NCBI GenBank assembly: GCA_028716825.1
Contig: JAQUPA010000001.1
Location: forward strand, 13,071 to 77,070
DNA length: 64,000 bases
Reading direction: 5' to 3'
Source of the DNA: Minisyncoccota bacterium
GTDB lineage: Bacteria; Patescibacteriota; Minisyncoccia; Minisyncoccales; GCA-002788555
Shown here: positions 29,539-41,476 of the stretch, in pieces
How the letters are laid out: the number at the start of each line of letters is the position of its first letter
How positions within the stretch are numbered: position 1 is the stretch's first letter
Made by a program: the position numbers and the translations under genes
Notes under the pieces: model-generated
The model's input: only the letters and a program-made list of their open reading frames with translations
Told to the model about the DNA's origin: nothing
Database searches by the model: none

Positions 29539-30852
29539 ATGAAAAATATTAAGAATTTTTTAATTCAGAAAGCAAAAATATTGTTTTTGGGAGCATGCGT
29601 ATTTCAGCTTGCTTTTTTGCCAATTGGTCTTGCACCAAAAACAGCTCTTGCTGCCAGTTCCAACGATGTAATATATGGTGGAACATACTCTCTTTCTGAT
29701 TTAGCTGCAAAAATTAACTCAGGAAGCGATGGTAGACATGGTGATATTGGTGTTATTTTCAAGACTCTTGGAATTTATCCAAATGAATTCAACGGAAACA
29801 TTGATGGCGCAAATCGTCAAACTGTTGATGGTTGGGTTTATAAAGATGGGAGAGTCGTTTTGGCGAATGGCACAGTTGTTGCTTCCGGAAATGTTATTTC
29901 TGCAGGAAGAAGTAATCTTTCAGGATCTACACCAGATGTTTTTGGATTGCCAATCTATTGGAGACATCCCTCTGTGAGTTTTAATTCCTCAAGACTATCT
30001 GCTTTTATTCATATTGTAAATGGTAGGTTTTCTTGGGCGGTAGTTAAGTCTTGTGGAAATCCAATCAAGGTTTGGGGTTCACCTTCTGCTACTTTACATA
30101 AAGAAATAAGAAACGTTACAAGAAATAGCGGTTGGTCAACAGGCACTGTTGAAGGAAGAAGGGGAGATACAGTTGAGTATAGGCTTACTTATGACGTTGG
30201 TGACGAATCCTTAAATAATGTCTGGCTTTATGATGCTTTGCTAGCAAATACTGCTGATGGCAAAAAAAGCTACAGAGAATATTTATCTAACCCATGGGGG
30301 CTTGAACCATCGCAATATTTTCTTTGGTACCCAAGTGGAGTAGATATTGCAGGATATAAAGTTTCAAGAATGCTTGCTTGGTATGCTCCAGGAAGAGCTC
30401 CAAGAGCGCATGGTATTGCAACTTTTAGAGCAAAAGTAGAAAGTAATACACCAAAAGATACTTATATCTGTAATGACGCGGCTTTAAGAGCAGATAGGTT
30501 AGGAGTTCGTTTTAGTAACAAAGTTTGTGTTAAAATTATTGTTCCTTCGGGACCAACTCCAACACCAACTCCTACTCCAACACCAACACCAACGCCAACT
30601 CCTACTCCGACACCTACTTCTACTCCAACTCCAACTCCAACTCCAACACCTGAAGGTGAGGTCCTTGGAGCGTATGTTGAGAAGGAACTTCCAAAAATTC
30701 CAATCACAGGTGCTTCTTCGGCAGTAGCTCTAACATTTGTTTCTTCCGCATTGGGTTATGGAGCAGTTGCAAGAAAGAAACTCAAAGAAAAACTTTTGGG
30801 TTCAAAACTCCAGAACGCAATGGATATTGCAAGAAGGAAGAAAGGACTCTAA
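29539..30852 (+). CDS. Surface protein: signal peptide, DUF11-like domain, PT-repeat stalk, LPxTG-like C-terminal anchor
   Basis: LHKEIRN...RGDTVEYRL DUF11-like motif; (PT)n stalk; IPITG + hydrophobic stretch + basic tail; promoter TTGACA/TATAAT at ~29446-29474 favours ATG 29539. Confidence 0.75.
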   Translation: MKNIKNFLIQKAKILFLGACVFQLAFLPIGLAPKTALAASSNDVIYGGTYSLSDLAAKINSGSDGRHGDIGVIFKTLGIYPNEFNGNIDGANRQTVDGWVYKDGRVVLANGTVVASGNVISAGRSNLSGSTPDVFGLPIYWRHPSVSFNSSRLSAFIHIVNGRFSWAVVKSCGNPIKVWGSPSATLHKEIRNVTRNSGWSTGTVEGRRGDTVEYRLTYDVGDESLNNVWLYDALLANTADGKKSYREYLSNPWGLEPSQYFLWYPSGVDIAGYKVSRMLAWYAPGRAPRAHGIATFRAKVESNTPKDTYICNDAALRADRLGVRFSNKVCVKIIVPSGPTPTPTPTPTPTPTPTPTPTPTSTPTPTPTPTPEGEVLGAYVEKELPKIPITGASSAVALTFVSSALGYGAVARKKLKEKLLGSKLQNAMDIARRKKGL

Positions 30853-30881
30853 AAGTTAATAGCTATTTTAGCTAATTTAAA

Positions 30882-30908
30882 ACAGCCCCGCGTCGCGGGG
30901 CTGTTTTT
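30882..30908 (+). terminator. Intrinsic terminator
   Basis: AACAGCCCCGCG-T-CGCGGGGCTGTT followed by a T-run. Confidence 0.8.
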
Positions 30909-30956
30909 GTTCATAAAAACCCTTGACAACAATTTTTATTTCCTTAAAATACTAGA

Positions 30957-30983
30957 TTAGCAGTCAAAGGTCGAGAGTGCTAA
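30957..30983 (+). promoter_or_regulatory. CIRCE (HrcA operator)
   Basis: TTAGCAGTC-N9-GAGTGCTAA between a TTGACA/TAAAAT promoter and groES. Confidence 0.93.
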
Positions 30984-31003
30984 TTTAATGAATAAAAATA
31001 ATT

Positions 31004-32931
<1,928 letters not shown>

Positions 32932-33007
32932 AGTTTGGCTAAGAAAAGAAAAAAAGCTATAATTTAAAAGGGTAATCTTAGGGTTACCCTTTTAAAGTAG
33001 AAAAATT

Positions 33008-33988
33008 ATGAAAAAAACAAAAAAAGAATCCTCTGAATTGAGATTTGATATTGTTTCTGAGGATTGGATAGTTATTGCAACCGGCAGAGCAAAAAGACCA
33101 GAGAGTTTTCAAAAAGAAAGACGTAAAGAAAATTGGGAGAAAGGCGAATGTCCATTTTGTAATTTAAAAAGTCAATTATCACCAGTTTATGAATCACAAA
33201 ATATTACTGTAATTCCTAATTTATATCCTGCTTTTTCTGAAGAAAGTAAATTAGACGAGAGAGAAGTTGGACCCTACAAAAGAATGAATGGGGTGGGGTA
33301 CCACGAAGTTATTATTACAAAAGACCACAAAAAGCAGATGGCAGAATTTTCTATTAAAGAGACAAGAGAAGTGATTGATTGTTATCATAAAAGATATGTT
33401 GACTTAATGGACAAGAAATTTGTTAGCTATATTTCTATTTTTCATAATCATGGTAAAGAGGCGGGCGCTTCCATATCTCATCCTCATTCCCAGCTCATCG
33501 CAATTCCAATAATTGACCCCGATATCAAAAGATCTCTTAAGGGTTCAAAAAGATATTGGGAAAAGTACGGCCAGTGTCCCCACTGTACAATGATGAGATG
33601 GGACATTAAAGATAAACAAAGAATTATTTTTGAAAACAAAGATTTTGTTGTTCTCTGCCCTTACGCTTCCACCATAGCATTTGAGATGAGAATCTATCCT
33701 AAAAAACACGAAGCTTACTTTGAAAGGTTTGAAGAAGAAGAAAAGACAAATTTCGCAGAAGCTTTAAATATTGCTTTAAAATCTTTATTTAAAGGGCTCC
33801 AAGATCCTTCTTATAATTTCTTTTTACATACAGCTCCTTGTGATGGAAAGGATTATAGTCACTATCATTGGCACTTTGAAATTTTACCAAAAACAGATAT
33901 CCCAGCTGGTTTTGAGTTGGGAACCGGAATTGAGATTTGTACGATTGAGCCGGAAAGAGCAGCTGAGCATTTAAGGAAATTTATCTAA
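33008..33988 (+). CDS. galT: Galactose-1-phosphate uridylyltransferase (GalT/HIT family)
   Basis: RAKRP, CPFC, NLYPA, GASISHPHSQ (HxHxQ), YHWHFEI, AGFELGTG. Confidence 0.88.
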   Translation: MKKTKKESSELRFDIVSEDWIVIATGRAKRPESFQKERRKENWEKGECPFCNLKSQLSPVYESQNITVIPNLYPAFSEESKLDEREVGPYKRMNGVGYHEVIITKDHKKQMAEFSIKETREVIDCYHKRYVDLMDKKFVSYISIFHNHGKEAGASISHPHSQLIAIPIIDPDIKRSLKGSKRYWEKYGQCPHCTMMRWDIKDKQRIIFENKDFVVLCPYASTIAFEMRIYPKKHEAYFERFEEEEKTNFAEALNIALKSLFKGLQDPSYNFFLHTAPCDGKDYSHYHWHFEILPKTDIPAGFELGTGIEICTIEPERAAEHLRKFI

Positions 33989-33989
33989 A

Positions 33990-35879
33990 TTAAATATTTT
34001 TGTAGGTAGGGTCTGTTTTTAATTCGTAGTATTTTCTTATAATTCTTCTTGCTCCAACAGCAGACCAGAGCTGAACTTTACTCATTCTGTAGTAGGCTTC
34101 TGGTTGTTCGTTAAAAAATTTCGGTGTTCCCCTTTCGTCAAAATGAACCTCGGGGACTGCTTTTAGTTCCGCAAATGTTTTTATTGTGTCTTCACAAATA
34201 TTTAGGAGAGTTTTTTTGATCAATTTTTGTAAATCTTTTGGCCAGTTTTCAGTAAGAGCTTTTTTAAGATGACGACTTAGTCCTAAAACACAGAAAGCGG
34301 TTTGCTTTGTCCATATTACAAGCCCGTGGTATTCTTGAGTTGTATATCCATATTTGTTATTTTTTGCAATAACCATAGGTCCAGAAGGTGTGTAAAAATA
34401 TTCTTTTGAAAGCAATCTTTCGCAGAAACTTCTTATTTCTTTTTGTGTACCGTCAAGATAAGTATAAAGATAAGCTTCATCCAGATTATTAATTTTCATT
34501 TTATCAAAACTAACACCTCCTTTTTTCTTTTTTGTGCCATATAAACAAAGCGCATAACCTATTCTATCTCTTTTATTTTTATTTATAAATTTATAATCAA
34601 TTTTTTTGTCCGTCCATTTTTTAATCAGCCTATCTATTTCTTTTGCCCTTTTTTGTAATCCCAATTTTGATTGGAATTTTTTAATCGTTAAAAGTGCTGC
34701 AGGATAGAAAACACAATTTACATCAAAAGGAGCAATAATAGGGTCAATTTTCTTGAAGGCCCAATGAGAATCTCTCCAATTACCGAAAGGATAATATTCT
34801 TCTTCGTTTTTTCTTAATTTTTCTGGTATTTTTTTAAAAGTTATAAGGTCCTTATTTTTTGCCTCATCTAGGATATATTTCGCAACTTTTCTTATTTTTT
34901 TATTGTTATTTTCTTTAGCAAGGAATGTTTCTGGTAAGTAATTTAATCCGATTATATAATTTGGTTCGATATCTATCATCCTTCTGTCATAAATATCTTT
35001 TCCGGCGATTTCATGCTCATATTTATATTCGCCAATTAGTTCTTCGTGCCAACCTTCGCCTTTTTTATTCACGTGAGAGATTGATTTTTCATACATATAG
35101 TTTATAACCTCAGGCCTTAGGTCGTGAGTTCCAAGTACTGCGCTTTCCATCCAATCTCTTGGGAAAATAGTTCCAAACCGGTCTCCAGACGTTTTCCCCC
35201 ATGTTATTAAGTGTTTTATTTCGATTTCTGTTCTTTCCATTATTCCTTTAACAGTTTTTTTATGTTTTCCAAAGAATTCATAATTGAAATCTTTAGCAGA
35301 GTAGAGAAAAAACTTCCTAAAAATTTTGTAGTTTATTTCATTTGTTTTTGCCTGGATAACAAAAGGTATTTCTTTCCCTTCCGTTTTTAGCTCAAACCCC
35401 AAAAGGGGAGAGGTTATTTTTTTTATTTTGATTTTTTTTGGGAATAAAAAATCTACTTGATAACAATATTCTCCGTAAGTTCTTTTGAAGATTATCTTTG
35501 TTAGTTTTTTACTAGAGGTTTTTTTTATGATTCTTGGGTAAGCCTTGCTAAAAAATTTATATCTTAGTTGTAGAAAATTTCCTGTCTTTTCTACTAGTTT
35601 TCTTAATGTTCTAATATCATCCATTATGGGATAGTAAAGATTGATTTTGCCTGCGAGAAAACTTCCTTGAATTTCAAGGTGTTGATTTATATTTTCTACT
35701 TTTTTTATTTTTATTTTATGGAGGGGTATATCGACTAAACCACAATATAAATGATTATTTGGGCCGATAATTCTAAACTGATCTAGTTCGTCAAAATCAA
35801 CATAATAGCCATTTGCTATCCAGAGATTTTTTTCAATTTTTACGCTATTTTTTTTCTGCGTAGTATTTATTCTGTCCAT
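33990..35879 (-). CDS. Putative (alpha/alpha)6 glycoside hydrolase (amylo-alpha-1,6-glucosidase-like)
   Basis: FGTIFPRD, GNWRDS, EYHGLVIW and QLWSA motifs typical of debranching-enzyme-like hydrolases. Confidence 0.65.
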   Translation of the reverse strand: MDRINTTQKKNSVKIEKNLWIANGYYVDFDELDQFRIIGPNNHLYCGLVDIPLHKIKIKKVENINQHLEIQGSFLAGKINLYYPIMDDIRTLRKLVEKTGNFLQLRYKFFSKAYPRIIKKTSSKKLTKIIFKRTYGEYCYQVDFLFPKKIKIKKITSPLLGFELKTEGKEIPFVIQAKTNEINYKIFRKFFLYSAKDFNYEFFGKHKKTVKGIMERTEIEIKHLITWGKTSGDRFGTIFPRDWMESAVLGTHDLRPEVINYMYEKSISHVNKKGEGWHEELIGEYKYEHEIAGKDIYDRRMIDIEPNYIIGLNYLPETFLAKENNNKKIRKVAKYILDEAKNKDLITFKKIPEKLRKNEEEYYPFGNWRDSHWAFKKIDPIIAPFDVNCVFYPAALLTIKKFQSKLGLQKRAKEIDRLIKKWTDKKIDYKFINKNKRDRIGYALCLYGTKKKKGGVSFDKMKINNLDEAYLYTYLDGTQKEIRSFCERLLSKEYFYTPSGPMVIAKNNKYGYTTQEYHGLVIWTKQTAFCVLGLSRHLKKALTENWPKDLQKLIKKTLLNICEDTIKTFAELKAVPEVHFDERGTPKFFNEQPEAYYRMSKVQLWSAVGARRIIRKYYELKTDPTYKNI

Positions 35880-36003
35880 ATCCCTTTAGTATTTAAAATT
35901 TCCTTAATTATTTTTTTTGAATATCTCAATTGCTTTTTCTGTTCGGGCGTTATTTTTTCTTCTTCTCCGGGTATTTGAGGAATTTTTTCAACATTATTCA
36001 TTT

Positions 36004-37089
36004 TTATTTTTTAGCCACTCTATAATATATTTTTTCATATTCATCTATCATCTTTTCTACGCCAAATTTGTTTTCAACCCACTTTCTGCAATCACTTCTT
36101 TTAATTTGACCAATTTTTTCCACAGCATCTACTGCTTGTTTTAAATTATTTACTATAAATCCTGTTTTTTTATCCTTGATAATTTCTGGCACAGAACCAT
36201 GTCCGAATGCTATAACTGGTGTTCCACATGCCATCGCTTCTGTCATTACAAGCCCGAAAGGCTCTTCCCACTGAATAGGAAATAGAAAACATTTTGCTTT
36301 CTTGTAAAGTTGCGGCATTTTTTTATAAGGGACAACTCCGATATATTGAATATTTTTGTATTTTAGATTCGGCTTTATTTCTTTTTTAAAATATTCCTCG
36401 TCAGTTATTTGTCCAGCAATCTTTAGGGGTACTTTTGTTATTTTTGCTATTTTACAAGCGACATGAATTCCCTTTTCTTTAGTTAATCTTCCTGCTGTGA
36501 GAAAAAAATCCCCGTCCTTTTTATTGAATTTATATTTTGTCATTTCTATGCCGTTATAAACTGTTCCAGCATATCTAAGGTTCGGAGCAGCTTTTCTTTG
36601 TGCTTTTGAAATAGAGACAAAAAATAGTTGAGGGTATTTTTTATAATATTGGAATATAAATTTTCTAAAAGGATCGTCTAAGGGATCGTGTATAGTGATA
36701 ACAGTTGGTATTTTAATAAGGGGAGCAAGGTGGAAAGCTCGGCGATAAGGGTGGACATGAATTAAGTCAAACATTCCTTTTTGGGCCATTTGATACATTT
36801 TTCCAACTAAAATATTTTCATACATTCCCACCATGCTACTATGAGTTACATTGCTTTTTGAAAACTTTTTCGTATTTTTATATAGAGATTTTTTTTCTTC
36901 CGAAATAAGTTTTGCTTTTGTTTTAGAATCAGAAGATCCAAAAAGATAAACTTTATGACCCCTTTTTACCATTCCTTCTGCGATCCACGACGTTAACCAG
37001 AGAGGAGCATAAATAGATTCTCCTGGTGGGGGAGTTGAATATTCGTTGCTGCAAAACATTGCTATTTTGAGTTTCCTTTTTTTTACCAT
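36004..37089 (-). CDS. Glycosyltransferase family 4
   Basis: WEEPFGLVMTEAMACGTPVIAF, VYNGI, GRLTKEKG. Confidence 0.9.
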   Translation of the reverse strand: MVKKRKLKIAMFCSNEYSTPPPGESIYAPLWLTSWIAEGMVKRGHKVYLFGSSDSKTKAKLISEEKKSLYKNTKKFSKSNVTHSSMVGMYENILVGKMYQMAQKGMFDLIHVHPYRRAFHLAPLIKIPTVITIHDPLDDPFRKFIFQYYKKYPQLFFVSISKAQRKAAPNLRYAGTVYNGIEMTKYKFNKKDGDFFLTAGRLTKEKGIHVACKIAKITKVPLKIAGQITDEEYFKKEIKPNLKYKNIQYIGVVPYKKMPQLYKKAKCFLFPIQWEEPFGLVMTEAMACGTPVIAFGHGSVPEIIKDKKTGFIVNNLKQAVDAVEKIGQIKRSDCRKWVENKFGVEKMIDEYEKIYYRVAKK

Positions 37090-37101
37090 AATTTTTTAAA
37101 A

Positions 37102-38148
37102 TTATTTTTTAGGTTTTATTATTTTTCTGTAGATTTTTTCATATCCATCTACCATTTTCTCAACAGTAAATTTTTCCTCAACCCACTTTCTACAATTTTC
37201 TCTTTTTATTGTATCAATTTTTTTTACTGCTTTCACTGCTTCTTTTACGTTTTTTACTACAAAACCAGTCTTTCCATTTTTTACAACTTCTCTTGCAGAG
37301 CCACGGTCAAAAACGATTACTGGCGTTCCACAAGCCATAGCCTCTGGCATTACAAGACCAAAAGGCTCTTCCCAGTTTATAGGTAGGATTAAAGCTTTTG
37401 CATTTTTTAAAAGTTTAACTTTTTCTGTATGGGCGATTTCTCCAATGAACTTTATTTTTCTTCCGTCAATCAATGGTTTTACTCCTTTTTTAAAGTATGG
37501 TTCATCAACAACATCTATTTTTGATGCCATCTTCATGGGAAGATTTGCTCCTTTCGCGATTTTTATCGCTTCAATCGCTCCCTTTTCTTCTGACATTCTG
37601 CCGAGAAAAGCTAAATAATTCCCGCCCTTTTTTGAGAAATCAAATTTTTTAACTTCAATGCCATTATAAACCGTGGCCACAAAGTTTAATTCTGGTAAAA
37701 ATTTTCTTTGAGCATTGCTTATTGAGACATAATTTAAGTGCTTTAATTCTTTATATGCAGGTTTTCTAGGTTTGTCGTTAATTGGTCCATGTAGAGTGCT
37801 TACGGTTGGTGTGTTAAGTAGTTCTGCTACACAAATGAACCTCCAATTAAGATGGCTATGAATAATGTCGGGTTTTAATTCTTTTATTTTTTTTATTGCT
37901 TTGTTTATGCCAACCCATTTCATTGTTTCTCTAAATCTTGAATCTCTGCTTAAAGGATATTTTCTCATGGCTTTCGGTAATACCGGTACTAGTTTAGCGC
38001 TTGTTTTAGAATCTCCCGACGCAAAAAGATAAACTTCGTGCCCTCTATTTATAAGTTCTTCTGTTATGCTATAGACAACACGTTCAACGCCTCCATATTT
38101 TTTTGCAGGAACGGGTTCTTCAAAGGCAGAAATTTGAACTATTTTCAT
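37102..38148 (-). CDS. Glycosyltransferase family 4 (paralog of neighbour)
   Basis: VPAKKYGGVERVV, GRMSEEKG, WEEPFGLVMPEAMACGTPV. Confidence 0.9.
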   Translation of the reverse strand: MKIVQISAFEEPVPAKKYGGVERVVYSITEELINRGHEVYLFASGDSKTSAKLVPVLPKAMRKYPLSRDSRFRETMKWVGINKAIKKIKELKPDIIHSHLNWRFICVAELLNTPTVSTLHGPINDKPRKPAYKELKHLNYVSISNAQRKFLPELNFVATVYNGIEVKKFDFSKKGGNYLAFLGRMSEEKGAIEAIKIAKGANLPMKMASKIDVVDEPYFKKGVKPLIDGRKIKFIGEIAHTEKVKLLKNAKALILPINWEEPFGLVMPEAMACGTPVIVFDRGSAREVVKNGKTGFVVKNVKEAVKAVKKIDTIKRENCRKWVEEKFTVEKMVDGYEKIYRKIIKPKK

Positions 38149-38154
38149 TGAATT

Positions 38155-39441
38155 TTATATATACTTTTTATATTCGTCGCTAATTTTTTTTGCGATAAAA
38201 GGCCAAGAGTGATTTTTTGATACGTATTTATAGCCATTTTTAATGAGTTTTTCTTGGAGTCTTTTTGAAGAATATAGCATTTGGACTTTGTTTTTTATGT
38301 CAACGGGACTACGTGCTTTAAATAAAAGGCCTGTTTTTTTATGAGAAATTATTTCTTTTAATCCGCCAACGGCAGATACAATAACAGGTATTTTTGTTGC
38401 CATTCCTTCGAGTGCTACAAGACCGAACGGTTCATAGTAAGAGGGGACAATCAAAGCATCTGCGGCAGAATAAAAATTTCTTAATCTTCTGTGATTTATC
38501 ATACCGGTAAATTTAATGAGATTTTCAACTTTTTCTTTTTTTGCTTTCTCGAGTAATCTTTCATATTCTTTAAAATCTAAAACATTTTTTTCTTTGCCAT
38601 GTATTTTCCCTCCAACAATAACAATTTTAATATTTGGAATTTTCTTTTTTAGAAGTTTGGTTGCGGTTATTAAAGATCCAATTCCTTTACGCCACTCAAG
38701 TCGGCCAACGTACAAAAGTACAAAGTTTTTTTGGTCTATTCGTAAGCTCTCTCTCGCTTTTTCTTTTGAAAGTGGCTTAAATTTCTGAAGATTTACGCCC
38801 CCAGGGATAACTTTTACTTTTCCTGGAATGGAATCATAGATTTTAACCAGCGATTCTTTTTCGCTTTTTGCAAGACTTACGACTGCGTCAGCTCTCTCTA
38901 CCGTTTCTTTTTCTACGTCAAATCTTTTCTGAAAATAATCAGTTTCGTTTTTGTTCGTTAAATATTTCTTTTTTGTGGCTTGCCTGATTTTTCCTAAAGA
39001 ATGAAAGTTTTCAATAAGCGGTTTTGAAAATTGGCATTTTGCTTTTAACGCCATCCATGCTCCATCCCAGTAATGCCCATGGAAAACATCGTAGTTATCT
39101 TTAACTTCAATGAATTTCAAGAAATTTAAATAAACTTCTGGCAATATATTAAAAAGTTCGGTTTTTTGGACATAACTTTTCTTACCGCCTCTTAACCTAA
39201 CCACTCTTGCGTTTTTGTTGATTTGAGAAATATGTTTTTTATTTGTGGAGTCCCAACGAGTAAAGACATCTACTTTATGTCCTAATTTGCCGAGTTCTTC
39301 GGCTAAAGATCTTACGTAGATGTTTTGTCCTCCAGTTTCTTGAGAACCAAGATGTGCGAGGGGGTCGGAGTGTATGCTGAACATCGCTATTTTCAGAACG
39401 TTTTCCTTCCCGTTTTTAGTATTTTTTCCCATTTTAAGCAA
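38155..39441 (-). CDS. Glycosyltransferase family 4, MshA/sucrose-phosphate-synthase-like
   Basis: SIHSDPLA..GGQNIYV..LA, HGHYW, FHSLG, YEPFGLVALEGMA. Confidence 0.85.
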   Translation of the reverse strand: MLKMGKNTKNGKENVLKIAMFSIHSDPLAHLGSQETGGQNIYVRSLAEELGKLGHKVDVFTRWDSTNKKHISQINKNARVVRLRGGKKSYVQKTELFNILPEVYLNFLKFIEVKDNYDVFHGHYWDGAWMALKAKCQFSKPLIENFHSLGKIRQATKKKYLTNKNETDYFQKRFDVEKETVERADAVVSLAKSEKESLVKIYDSIPGKVKVIPGGVNLQKFKPLSKEKARESLRIDQKNFVLLYVGRLEWRKGIGSLITATKLLKKKIPNIKIVIVGGKIHGKEKNVLDFKEYERLLEKAKKEKVENLIKFTGMINHRRLRNFYSAADALIVPSYYEPFGLVALEGMATKIPVIVSAVGGLKEIISHKKTGLLFKARSPVDIKNKVQMLYSSKRLQEKLIKNGYKYVSKNHSWPFIAKKISDEYKKYI

Positions 39442-39602
39442 ATAAAAGAGAAATCCCTGGAAACATCCCAGAAATTAATCCAATCATCTATTTTATGTTA
39501 AATATTGGAAATTTTCAAGAATAAGCTTTTTGCTTGATTTTGAGCAATCATTGAAAAAAAACAAGAAATATGTTAAAAGGAAAAGGTAATTTTATAAAAA
39601 AC

Positions 39603-39788
39603 ATGAGGAAATGTGAAATTTGCGGGAAAACATATACTGTAAAAACCGTTCGAAAGAAATTAAGAGGTAAATATAATCCCACAAGCAAACAAAGGAAGTA
39701 TCCAAATTTACAATGGGTGCGTTTGCCATCTGGCAAGCGCGTCAAAGCTTGCACAAAGTGTATCAAGACCCTTTCAAAAACGAAATAG
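39603..39788 (+). CDS. rpmB: 50S ribosomal protein L28 (Zn-binding type)
   Basis: MRKCEICGK...RKYPNLQ...KACTKCIKT; ATG at 39603. Confidence 0.9.
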   Translation: MRKCEICGKTYTVKTVRKKLRGKYNPTSKQRKYPNLQWVRLPSGKRVKACTKCIKTLSKTK

Positions 39789-39802
39789 TTTCAATCAGAA
39801 GC

Positions 39803-39874
39803 CGGGGCATAGTATAATGGTTATTATGCAGGGCTGGGGGTCTTGTGACCTGGGTTCGATTCCCAGTGCCCCGA
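39803..39874 (+). tRNA. tRNA-Pro (anticodon GGG)
   Basis: Acceptor CGGGGCA/TGCCCCG, anticodon loop CT-GGG-GG, T arm CTGGG-TTCGATT-CCCAG. Confidence 0.92.
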
Positions 39875-39906
39875 AACAAAGGTCTTTTTAAAAACTTATA
39901 AGAACC

Positions 39907-40299
39907 ATGGAAGGACCATTTTCAAATTTAGACCAACCACCAAATGGACAAGAAAATAATGAAAAGAATTTAGAAGACCAGTTAAAGAAAACAAGCGAAG
40001 TATTAGAAAAAGCTGAGCAGCCAATGATTAATAGAAAACGTATGAATATTATAGGAGAACAAATACGTAAACTTGGCTTTTCAGATCAAAAGCAAAAAGA
40101 GATGATGCCGGTCTTGATAAAAAATGAAGAAATTATAAAGATGTGCGATGAAATTTTAGAATTAGAATCCAAAACTACTCCACAAGTAAATGCAGAAACC
40201 GATTTGACGACAAAGGAAGAGATAGAAATTAAAGAGGGACAGTTAAGATCAAAAATTGAGGAAGGATCTTTTGACGCTGAAGAAGAAAAAGCGGCTTAA
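39907..40299 (+). CDS. Hypothetical acidic protein
   Basis: 130-aa ORF followed by terminator AAAAGCGGGG...CTCCGCTTTT. Confidence 0.65.
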   Translation: MEGPFSNLDQPPNGQENNEKNLEDQLKKTSEVLEKAEQPMINRKRMNIIGEQIRKLGFSDQKQKEMMPVLIKNEEIIKMCDEILELESKTTPQVNAETDLTTKEEIEIKEGQLRSKIEEGSFDAEEEKAA

Positions 40300-40432
40300 T
40301 TGTTTAATAAATAAATTCGTAAAAGCGGGGCTTTACACTCCGCTTTTATATTAAACTTGAAAAATAAAGAATTTATTGTATAATAAAAGGGTTAGTCTAG
40401 TATATAACATAAAGAGTTTAGGAGGTGCGAAG

Positions 40433-40693
40433 GTGGATAAAAATAGAGCTAACCAATTGCGAAAAGCTGTGGATTCAGCGCTTAATGAAGTGCTGGAAGC
40501 AAAGACTGAGATAGATGAAGCCAAGGAAGAATGGCGAGAAATTGTATCTAGTCATTCAGTAAACAAAGCTGAGAAGATCATCGCAGAAAGGAATATTTTC
40601 CAAAGGGCTAAAGAAGCCCGGAGAAGACGAGACGAGGCCTGGAAAAAGTATTATAACTTATCCGATGAGTTAACCAGAATATTAAGGTCTTAA
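40433..40693 (+). CDS. Hypothetical coiled-coil ORFan
   Basis: SD AGGAGGTG before GTG 40433; promoter TTGAAA 40357 / TATAAT 40379. Confidence 0.6.
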   Translation: MDKNRANQLRKAVDSALNEVLEAKTEIDEAKEEWREIVSSHSVNKAEKIIAERNIFQRAKEARRRRDEAWKKYYNLSDELTRILRS

Positions 40694-40712
40694 GGAACAG
40701 GGGGGGATAAGA

Positions 40713-40964
40713 TTGAATTTCGCAGATTCGTTGGATGAGAGGCTTTTTTGGAACGAAGAAGAGCGAAAGAGTGTCTTGCGAGAGATAGAACAACTTTCCA
40801 AAAAAGCAGACGAAACTTCTTCCGCCCGTCGCAAGAAAAAGATACTCACAAATATAGATGAGATGTGGAAGAAGAATTTCGATCTGTTCGACGAGTGGCT
40901 AAACATAGTTTCATGCCAAGCCGAAGAATTAGATAATGACGTAGAGCATCGAGAAAGGAGGTGA
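40713..40964 (+). CDS. Hypothetical ORFan
   Basis: G-rich SD before TTG; GTGA overlap with next gene. Confidence 0.55.
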   Translation: MNFADSLDERLFWNEEERKSVLREIEQLSKKADETSSARRKKKILTNIDEMWKKNFDLFDEWLNIVSCQAEELDNDVEHRERR

Positions 40965-41269
40965 AAGAGATGAAGCTTTCCATAGGACCTTTAAGTGTTT
41001 GGGTTTACAAAAAGATCTCTGCAGGGGGCAGAAGCGTGGTAACTGCGGAGCTCGAAAAAGATGACGGAACCGTTGTCATAGTTTCTCCCGATCTTTCAGG
41101 GCAGAAGGCCAACATAAGAGAGCTCTGCATTATACCAAATTTTCCTTCCTTCGAGGTCGCCTTCGAGGACGGTAATGTCTTACGTATATTCATCCAGGAT
41201 GACGAGATCATGGTCGTGGATTTACGTAGAGAGGTTACCAGAATTCCTTTTTACAAGAAGGAAACCTAG
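40961..41269 (+). CDS. Hypothetical ORFan (beta-rich)
   Basis: SD AAGGAGG just upstream; ATG at 40970 is the better-spaced start. Confidence 0.6.
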   Translation: MKEMKLSIGPLSVWVYKKISAGGRSVVTAELEKDDGTVVIVSPDLSGQKANIRELCIIPNFPSFEVAFEDGNVLRIFIQDDEIMVVDLRREVTRIPFYKKET

Positions 41270-41476
41270 GTCAAGTAAGAAAAGATAAAGGAGGTGGTTC
41301 ATGCGGTCTGAAATACGGCCGCTTTTTTATTTCTGTTTTCAAATATATCTTAGCATCTTATTGACTTTTCAGGAAAATCATTTTATAAAATAAAGTAAGC
41401 ATTTTTAAATTAGTTCCTTAAAATTAAGGGATTTTTATATGTTTTGTAAGGTTGTTCGGAGAAGGGAAAAGAGAAG

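Noticed and set aside
30462-30727. Alternative-frame GV-repeat and QL-rich ORFs
   Set aside because: Shadows of the Pro-Thr repeat in the surface protein
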